A stretch of 64,000 nucleotides of DNA, taken from an uncultured Verrucomicrobiae bacterium (lineage in GTDB: Bacteria; Verrucomicrobiota; Verrucomicrobiia; Limisphaerales; Palsa-1400). This document shows, one piece after another, positions 57,303-64,000 of the stretch. A program made the position numbers and the translations under genes. The notes under the pieces are model-generated. The model was not told the origin of the DNA and did no database searches. It saw only the letters and a list, made by a program, of their open reading frames with translations. Every line of letters begins with the position of its first letter. Within the stretch, counting starts at the first letter, position 1. The DNA lies in the NCBI GenBank assembly GCA_963764165.1, contig CAVXRD010000001.1, positions 768,001 to 832,000 on the forward strand, read 5' to 3'.

Positions 57303-57531
57303 CGCATCCCAGCACGGATGCAGAGAGTGCAGCCGGCGGTCGAGCGAAGCGAACACCAACGGGAACACATGCAGAGTCCTCCCGCATCCTGGAGGGATGC
57401 CAGATTCACACCAAGGTGACGACTCCATCATCCCTGCCGGGATGAATTTAATTTACTATATTGTCCCGTGGTGTCGCTTCGCTCGACCACCGGCTGCACT
57501 CTGGTGATGCCTCCTGCCTCGGAGATGCATC
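57303..57531. repeat. Long REP-like inverted repeat element
   Basis: agagtgcagccggcggtcgagcgaagcga / tcgcttcgctcgaccaccggctgcactct with gcatcc...ggatgc hairpins. Confidence 0.75.
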
Positions 57532-57601
57532 GTCAGCCGCCGCGCAAATTTGCTTTCTGAAATTCTTTACGCATTGCGCATCGTCGCCTGCGTCGATTGG
57601 A

Positions 57602-60600
57602 TTATTTTATCAAGGCGTTTTTGGCGGTCATCATTTGCTCCAGCTTTTCCAGTCGGGACCGCAACTCCTGAACCTCCGCGTCTTTTTCCTTCAACGCTTT
57701 TTCCGCGCCTTCCAGCTTTTGGTTCAATCCTTGAATCGCGGCCAGCGCGACGCCGGTTTCGTCCACCACGGAAATGTGTTTTTCATCCGAACCGTTCAAC
57801 TTAAACGCGGCATGGAAATCCTGCGCCATGGGGCCGATGTGCGGCTGGCCCTGTGCCGCTTTGTAGTTCCATTTCGTCACGGGCAGCGCCACGACTTTTT
57901 CCAAAACCTCGAGCGGATTGACGGCGGCGAAATTTTCCTTGGCCGTCCGGTCGCTGGTGTAGTCAAACGCCTGGCCGTAAACGGGGCCATAGCAGTAAAC
58001 CTCGCTGGTGGCTATGACAGCGCTCACCTGAATCGAGCCGCCGGAATATGCATTCGCCGTGATCGTCGCTCCGTTGAGTGAGGCTGCGGTGGTGGTCCCG
58101 TTCAACGTCACGTTGCTTAACGTCACGCCTGATTCATTGTTCGTTACCACGGCGGAGGGCAATTGCGCCAGCGGCACGGTGCCGGTGGTCAGTTGGGAGG
58201 CATTCAAGTCGGTCAAGCTCGCTCCGCTTATGGCGGGCAGCGAGCCCACCAATTTGGATGCGTTCAGATTGGTCAATCCACTGCCATCACCCGAAAATCC
58301 CGCCGCCGAAATGTAAACTGTGGGTATGGTTTGCACGATGCTGAAAGTGATCACCACCAAGCCATCCGCGCCCGCGGCCTGTGATGCGCCGCCAGTTGCG
58401 CTGGGAGAAGTGTAGGACGAATCGCCAGTATTGCCGGGAACATTGCCGTTTCCTCCGACAATGATCGATCCATAAGAGCCGCCGCCACCGCCGCCGCCGA
58501 ATGCGTATTGGGATCCGCCACCGCCGCCGCCGTATCCGCCGCCGCCTCCTCCGTCACTGCCTCCGGGCGCGGCGTATCCGCCGCTGCCGCCTGCGGCACT
58601 CACGGAAGCCAGGCCCGCATTGGTCGCCGTGCTGGCGTAATTGCCGCCCGCGCCTGAAGCGGATGAACCGGCGGCGCCACCGAGGCCGTTGCCGCCTCCG
58701 CCACCGCCGCCAGTCAGTGTTTGGCCCGGATTGCCTCCCGCTCCCCCGGAATAAGAGTATCCCCCTCCTCCTCCTCCTCCCGCGATCGCTTTGACAATAT
58801 AATTGACTCCGTTTTGGTAAAACAGCGAGCTGGCTTGGCCGCCCTGGCCGAGACCGCCGCCACCGGAGCTTTGTCCACCCGCGGCGTCGCCGGAACCGGC
58901 ACCGCCGGCATTATTATCCGAACTATCCCCGTGCTGGCCGACCACCACCAAAAAGGTCTGTCCCGGCGCGACATCGACGGATTGTTCGACAAACGCCCCC
59001 GCGCCCCCGCTCACACCGGAACCGTGGCCTCCGCCCCCGCCCGCGCCCCACAATTTGGCGGTCATGAGCGTGGCATTGGGCGGCACCGTGACCGTGATTG
59101 TTCCCGCCGAGGAATAGACATTCGTTTGGATTGCATTCGTCTGCGCGCCCACCAGCACGGTGGTGAAGATATTGGTTGGGAGAATGGAGGCCGGCAATGC
59201 GCCGCCGACAAGGCTGGAAGTATTCACATTCGTGAGGCCCGCGCCGGAACCGCTGAAACCGGCCGCCGCAATGGCTGACGATGTCGTCGTCTCAAAGCCG
59301 CCAAACGTGATCACCACCAAGCCATCAGCGCCGGGAGTCTGCACTTGTCCGCCCGAACCGTTGGGAATGATGTAGGACGGGTCGCCGGTGTTGCCGGCGT
59401 TGTAGTTGGTTCCGCCAATGATGGTCGCGCCATACGAGCCGCCACCGCCGCCGCCGGATTGCGAACTGCCTCCGCTGGCGCCGCCGCCGAAACCGCCACC
59501 ACCGCCGCCGCTGCCGGTTGTGGAGACGGCGCTTCCACCTTGGCCGTCGACGGAGCCGAGTGATGCGATGCCGGTATTGGTGGCTGCGGCAGAGTAATTG
59601 TCACCTGCGGTCCCTCCCGGCACGGATGCTCCCCCGATGCCATTGGAGCCTCCGGTTCCTCCAGCGCTGGCACCCGCCTGGCCAGGGTTGCCACCGGCGC
59701 CTCCGTTGACGGAAGCGTTTGCCGCGCCAGCGCCTCCGCCCCCTCCCGCCACCGCCACGGTGAGATAGTTTGTGCCGCTGTTAAGAAACAAAGAGCTGGC
59801 CTGTCCACCCTCGCCAGCCTTGGCGCCAGGATTGACGATGCCTCCCGAGGCGTCTCCCGAACCGATCCCGCCCCCATTGTTGTTGTTCGTGTAATTCCCG
59901 TGCTGGCCGACGACGACGGTGAACGTTTGTCCCGGCACGACAGCGAGGGACATTTGTGAGAATGCCCCTGCGCCTCCGGTGGACGCCAAACCGCCGCCGC
60001 CACCCGCGCCCCATAATTTGGCGGTCATGTTCGTGGCTCCGGCAGGCACCATTAGCATCGTGACTCCGGCCGTCGAATATACATTCGATTGAATGATGGT
60101 CCGAACCGTCGTCAGGACGTTGGATGGAAGCAGCGACGATGAAATGGCGCCGCTGGAAAGTTGCGAGGCGTTGAGATTGGTCAGGCCGCCGCCGTTTCCA
60201 ACGAAGTTGCCACTGATGCTGAGCCCGGTTTCGCCATTGGTTACCAAGGACGCCGGCAGCTGTGCCAATGAAATCGGCCCGGAAACGCTGGCCGCCGCAC
60301 CGGCGGTGGGCGCGTAAATGGCATAGGGAGTTGGGGTGATGGGCTGGAGTGGGCTCAATGCAGCGAACCCGCTTCCACCATTGGTCTGCACCGCCACCAG
60401 CAGCCAGGCATCGCCGCCGCTGAAGACATTCCCGAAATCGAGACTGACGGTAAAGAGTCCGTTGCTGACCGCGACGGCCGTGTTGGTGATCGGCCCGGCC
60501 ACTGGAGCGCCACCGTTGGCGCTGGCGCAGAGGCTGAATGCCAAATCAAAACTGCCGTTGGCAGGAACGCCGCCGCTGGTCAATGAACCTTGATACGTGA

Positions 60601-60697
60601 AAGCCGTGCCTTGCGCACGGGCTGAAAAGGCGGCCAGGGAGAAGAGCAGCATGCTCCATGTTGTTCTCAGTATTGTCTTCATGGCAATTGGCTTCAT
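57602..60697 (-). CDS. Paralogous secreted glycine-rich fibre protein with C-terminal peptidase S74 chaperone
   Basis: ARA/QGTAFTYQG, two AKLWGAGGGGG domains, YTSDRTAKE...HIGPMAQDF. Start 60697 or 60682. Confidence 0.88.
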   Translation of the reverse strand: MKPIAMKTILRTTWSMLLFSLAAFSARAQGTAFTYQGSLTSGGVPANGSFDLAFSLCASANGGAPVAGPITNTAVAVSNGLFTVSLDFGNVFSGGDAWLLVAVQTNGGSGFAALSPLQPITPTPYAIYAPTAGAAASVSGPISLAQLPASLVTNGETGLSISGNFVGNGGGLTNLNASQLSSGAISSSLLPSNVLTTVRTIIQSNVYSTAGVTMLMVPAGATNMTAKLWGAGGGGGLASTGGAGAFSQMSLAVVPGQTFTVVVGQHGNYTNNNNGGGIGSGDASGGIVNPGAKAGEGGQASSLFLNSGTNYLTVAVAGGGGGAGAANASVNGGAGGNPGQAGASAGGTGGSNGIGGASVPGGTAGDNYSAAATNTGIASLGSVDGQGGSAVSTTGSGGGGGGFGGGASGGSSQSGGGGGGSYGATIIGGTNYNAGNTGDPSYIIPNGSGGQVQTPGADGLVVITFGGFETTTSSAIAAAGFSGSGAGLTNVNTSSLVGGALPASILPTNIFTTVLVGAQTNAIQTNVYSSAGTITVTVPPNATLMTAKLWGAGGGGGHGSGVSGGAGAFVEQSVDVAPGQTFLVVVGQHGDSSDNNAGGAGSGDAAGGQSSGGGGLGQGGQASSLFYQNGVNYIVKAIAGGGGGGGYSYSGGAGGNPGQTLTGGGGGGGNGLGGAAGSSASGAGGNYASTATNAGLASVSAAGGSGGYAAPGGSDGGGGGGYGGGGGGSQYAFGGGGGGGSYGSIIVGGNGNVPGNTGDSSYTSPSATGGASQAAGADGLVVITFSIVQTIPTVYISAAGFSGDGSGLTNLNASKLVGSLPAISGASLTDLNASQLTTGTVPLAQLPSAVVTNNESGVTLSNVTLNGTTTAASLNGATITANAYSGGSIQVSAVIATSEVYCYGPVYGQAFDYTSDRTAKENFAAVNPLEVLEKVVALPVTKWNYKAAQGQPHIGPMAQDFHAAFKLNGSDEKHISVVDETGVALAAIQGLNQKLEGAEKALKEKDAEVQELRSRLEKLEQMMTAKNALIK

Positions 60698-60750
60698 TTC
60701 TGTTTGTTGGAATTCGACGCGTGATTGGCAACGCCACATCCTAACCAGCA

Positions 60751-60817
60751 GGGCTGCCTCTCAATCACCAATGCGCAAAAGACGGAAAGATAGTAGGTCG
60801 GCTTGTGTGAAAAGTTT
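60751..60817 (-). promoter_or_regulatory. Conserved upstream element of S74 gene 2 (putative ECF-type promoter)
   Basis: gggctgcctctcaatcaccaatgcgcaaaagac identical to 57218-57250. Confidence 0.7.
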
Positions 60818-60880
60818 CTCAGGCAGCGGCAAATATGAGTTTCTGTGCTGTTTTCAGAGGAATGCGGATGTCTTTGTGGA

Positions 60881-61134
60881 TCATGTTTTCACGATACCAC
60901 CAAAGCGTGCAATTGCATTCTTTTTTGACAAAAACATCCATTCGGCCTTATGTTTCTCGGTGTCGCCGCCAGGCGTGTTCTTTGACATTTTGCGGATTTC
61001 GCCATCAGGGGAGCAGTTGTTCTTAACGGACAGTTAGGAAGAGCAACTCATTAAATCGTGATCGGAGTCTTGCACTATTGCACTCTATTGCACCCTATTG
61101 CACCCTTGGTTTTCGCGCCAAGGCATCACCCTCC
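60881..61134 (+). ncRNA. Conserved non-coding module, copy B (promoter, boxA-like motif, hairpins, TATTGCAC repeats); candidate structured RNA
   Basis: TGCAATTGCA 60908-60917, TTGACA 60925 - N18 - TATGTT 60949, TGTTCTTTGACA 60976-60987, stem 61015-61024 with 61039-61048. Confidence 0.5.
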
Positions 61135-61168
61135 TGATCAGCCCGGAACAGCATCCTGCCATGCCACG

Positions 61169-64000
61169 CTATTGCGCTTCCACCGCGCCGATGTCCACCC
61201 GCGCGCCGACACGGCGCGGCTTGCCGCGTTGATCGGTCGCGCTGCGGTTCGTCACTGAATCGTCGCCCGCGTCAATTGCCGGGGAACCGGGCAGAGGCGG
61301 CATCGTTTGGATGGGGCCGCCGTGGTCGCCGAGCGCAGCCAGCAAAGGCGGGGCGGTGAGTGGTTTTGCCCCGACGGTCGGAGCGGCGGGCCGGTCGTCC
61401 ATGACAAATGAAACGAGATTCGAGCCGGAGTAAGACAGCACGGCTTGCTCATTAAAGATGTCGCGGCCGTTCGCGGCCGAGCTGTTGCCGGCCACGATGC
61501 TGTTCTCCAAATTCAAACTCGAATACTTGTTGCATACGCCGCCGCCGCACTCCGCCTCATTTCCCGAAATGGTGCAATGGGACACTGTGGTGGGCGCCCG
61601 GCATTGGAGAGCGCCGCCGTATTTGCCCCGGTTCCCAGCCAGCGTGCATTGGATCAAATGCAGCGGCCCCAGGCTGAAGATGGCGCCGCCTTCATCGGCT
61701 GAATTATCCATCAGCGTGCAATTCTTAAGTGTGACGGAAGAATCCCGGAGAGTGTAGACCGCTCCTCCCACCGGGGCGATTGTGTGCGCAATGGTCAAAC
61801 CAATGAGGGAGACATCCTTGGCGCTCACGGCAAAAACACGCAGCTTGCCCCCTCCGGACAGGGTGATGCTTTTATCCAACGCCGAACCATCGATGGTCAG
61901 ACTCTTGTCAATCAAAATATCACCGCTGAGCAGCACAATTGTCCTCCCGGATAGATTCGTGGCGAAGGTGATGGTGTCGCCGTCTTGCGCGTTCAACACC
62001 GTGTCCCGCAGAGAGCCGGCTTGGCCGTTGGAAGCATTGAGAACCACGCGAGTGGCCCCACCGCGGCCGAAACGGGAGGCAACCGAAAAGGGAAGGACGC
62101 CCTTGAGGCGAGCCAGATCGTCCGCGCACAATTCGACCGCTCCGATATCAACCCGCAGTCCAACCAGCCGGCGTGATCCGCGCTGATCAAGGGCAAATCG
62201 AAACGCAACTGCATCATCGCTGCCTGCATCAATGGCCGGCGAACTGGGCAGCGGCAGCATCGTGAGCACCGGGCCGCCATAATCCCCTAGAGGCGCCAGC
62301 ATCGGATCGCCATCCACCAGGTTGTATTCGCCCGTGTAAGATCCGACGATGTTGGTGCCCAGGTTTCCCGCGACGATCGAACCACGCACTTTCAACACGC
62401 CCTTGTTGCAGATGCCTCCTCCGCGCCCGGCGGAATTTCCGCTCAGCGTGCTTTGGGCAACCTCGAGAACCGCCCCGGCGGAGTTGAGGACAGCGCCCCC
62501 TTCCTGCGGCGTCACGTTGCCGCTGAGGGTACACCCGTTGATTGCTATATTGCCTCCCTCGCTATTGAAAATCGCGCCGCCGCCTCCGTCATTGTTGGCC
62601 CGGTTGCCAGCGAGCGTGCACGCGCTCAAGGTCAGGTTGCCGCGGTTAATGATCGCGCCTCCCGCGCTGTCACAGTAACAGTTCGTGAGTGTGAGCCGCC
62701 CCAGAAAAACCGTGGCGCCCTGGCCAATGTCAAATATTCGGCCTGCTTGATTGCCATCAATATAGATGCCTTTGGGCAGGCTATCTGCGGAAACGGAAAC
62801 GTTTCTTCTTATTGCAATATCGCTGCTTGTCAATAAAATCGTCTGGCCGGATAGATTCGTGGCGAACGTGATGGTGGCGTCATTCGTCGCATCGAGAATC
62901 GCCTGTCGAAAGGAGCCATCGCCGTGATCGGCCGAGTTGACCACAATGTTTGTCGCCGGGCGCCTATGGGTGGATTTCCAGTGTTCAAGCACTCCGCCGC
63001 AAATCACGCTCAGGATAATGACACCGCTGGAGATGAAGGCAAACCGATGCCGCCGCACCAGTTTTTCAAAACGGTAGGCCGCGCTGGGCGGGCGTGCGAT
63101 GATCGGTTCATTGGCCAGATGCCTTTGCACATCCTCCGCCAGTCCTTTGGCCGACTCGTAGCGGCGCGCCCGGTCCTTCTCGAGGCATTTCATGGCAATC
63201 CAATCCAAGTCGCCGCGGACGGCATGGAACAGGCGCGGAGGTTCCGACCGGCGCGCTTGCGCCACTGCGGTGGCCTCCGCCGCGTTCATCGTGCTCAAAC
63301 GCTCGCTCGGACGCGGCGGCTCCTGCTCACGGATGATTTTAAGCATGTGCTCGTGGCCCGCTTCCATGAGGGCCTTGCTTTCAAACGGCGGATGGCCGGT
63401 CAGCAGTTCGTAAAGGAGCACGCCCAACGAATAAATATCGCTCCGTGTGTCGGGTTCCAGTCCGCTGCGCGCCGCCTGCTCCGGACTCATGTAGGCGGGC
63501 GTGCCCAGAAATTGATCCATCGCGGTATAAACGGTCTTGTCCGTCAGCGGTTGGTCGCTGATGGCCTTTGCGATGCCGAAGTCGATAACTTTCGGCACCG
63601 CCACTCCATCGTGGGAAGTGACAAATACATTCGACGGTTTGAGGTCGCGGTGGATAATCCCCTTTTGATGGGCGTGCTGCACCGCGTGGCAGACCTGGAC
63701 AAAAAGTTTGATCCGCTCCTCGGTGCTTAGCTTGTGAAAATCGCTGTGCTCGGTGATTTTCCGCCCGCGCACAAGTTCCATCACGAAATAAGGCCGGCCC
63801 GCATCCGTCGCGCCGCAATCGAGCACCTTCGCAATGTTCGGATGATCCATCAGCGCCAAGGCCTGCCGCTCGGCTTCGAACCGCGCGATGACCGCCTTGG
63901 TGTCCATCCCCGGCTTGATCAGCTTGAGAGCGACCCGCCGCCGGACTGGCTCGGTCTGCTCCGCCACATAAACGACTCCGCAACCGCCCTCCCCAATCTT
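61169..64000 (-). CDS. Membrane Ser/Thr (Hanks-type) protein kinase with two extracellular beta-helix / choice-of-anchor-Q-like repeats; 5' end outside the window
   Basis: IGEGGCGVVY, VALK, HRDLKPSN, DFG, GTPAYMSPEQ; one TM; two repeats from GSxRxxxxxA to SPAIDAG..DQRG..VDIGAVE. Confidence 0.92.
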   Translation of the reverse strand, partial: KIGEGGCGVVYVAEQTEPVRRRVALKLIKPGMDTKAVIARFEAERQALALMDHPNIAKVLDCGATDAGRPYFVMELVRGRKITEHSDFHKLSTEERIKLFVQVCHAVQHAHQKGIIHRDLKPSNVFVTSHDGVAVPKVIDFGIAKAISDQPLTDKTVYTAMDQFLGTPAYMSPEQAARSGLEPDTRSDIYSLGVLLYELLTGHPPFESKALMEAGHEHMLKIIREQEPPRPSERLSTMNAAEATAVAQARRSEPPRLFHAVRGDLDWIAMKCLEKDRARRYESAKGLAEDVQRHLANEPIIARPPSAAYRFEKLVRRHRFAFISSGVIILSVICGGVLEHWKSTHRRPATNIVVNSADHGDGSFRQAILDATNDATITFATNLSGQTILLTSSDIAIRRNVSVSADSLPKGIYIDGNQAGRIFDIGQGATVFLGRLTLTNCYCDSAGGAIINRGNLTLSACTLAGNRANNDGGGGAIFNSEGGNIAINGCTLSGNVTPQEGGAVLNSAGAVLEVAQSTLSGNSAGRGGGICNKGVLKVRGSIVAGNLGTNIVGSYTGEYNLVDGDPMLAPLGDYGGPVLTMLPLPSSPAIDAGSDDAVAFRFALDQRGSRRLVGLRVDIGAVELCADDLARLKGVLPFSVASRFGRGGATRVVLNASNGQAGSLRDTVLNAQDGDTITFATNLSGRTIVLLSGDILIDKSLTIDGSALDKSITLSGGGKLRVFAVSAKDVSLIGLTIAHTIAPVGGAVYTLRDSSVTLKNCTLMDNSADEGGAIFSLGPLHLIQCTLAGNRGKYGGALQCRAPTTVSHCTISGNEAECGGGVCNKYSSLNLENSIVAGNSSAANGRDIFNEQAVLSYSGSNLVSFVMDDRPAAPTVGAKPLTAPPLLAALGDHGGPIQTMPPLPGSPAIDAGDDSVTNRSATDQRGKPRRVGARVDIGAVEAQ

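Noticed and set aside
52781..60697. Prophage or diversity-generating retroelement
   Set aside because: No capsid, terminase, integrase or reverse transcriptase; the proteins have signal peptides; module differences are not adenine-specific.

Overview
GC-rich bacterial chromosomal segment. Gene content (pilin-like H-X9-DG protein, Ser/Thr kinase with extracellular beta-helix repeats, S74 fibre proteins, PVC-type ResB/CcsA) points by inference to Verrucomicrobiota, probably Pedosphaerales-like. About 38 CDS: a tandem dTMP-kinase-like pair with a ROK kinase, Ppx/GppA and a beta-CASP nuclease; a porin + kdpE pair under a KdpE-box-like site; sugar porter + NagZ; a MazF-type TA pair; a system II cytochrome c maturation operon; an M13 peptidase; two-component genes; a GH127/GH2/pilin-like/LamG/MFS glycan locus; and two secreted glycine-rich peptidase-S74 fibre paralogs with a small partner gene, downstream of a partial Ser/Thr kinase. 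Intergenic DNA carries several REP-like, MITE-like and GxxExxY-flank repeat families. No rRNA, tRNA, CRISPR array or intact transposase was recognised. Top observations: (1) a ~240-bp non-coding module present twice (13921-14152 minus, 60881-61134 plus) with a sigma70-like promoter, boxA-like motif and covarying hairpins, one copy leading into a degenerate palindromic repeat array; (2) a 25-bp operator overlapping three -35 elements that links the pilin-like, GH2 and LamG genes; (3) the co-promoted S74 fibre system and a shared C-terminal sorting-like domain. All calls are from reading the sequence by eye; no database searches were run.
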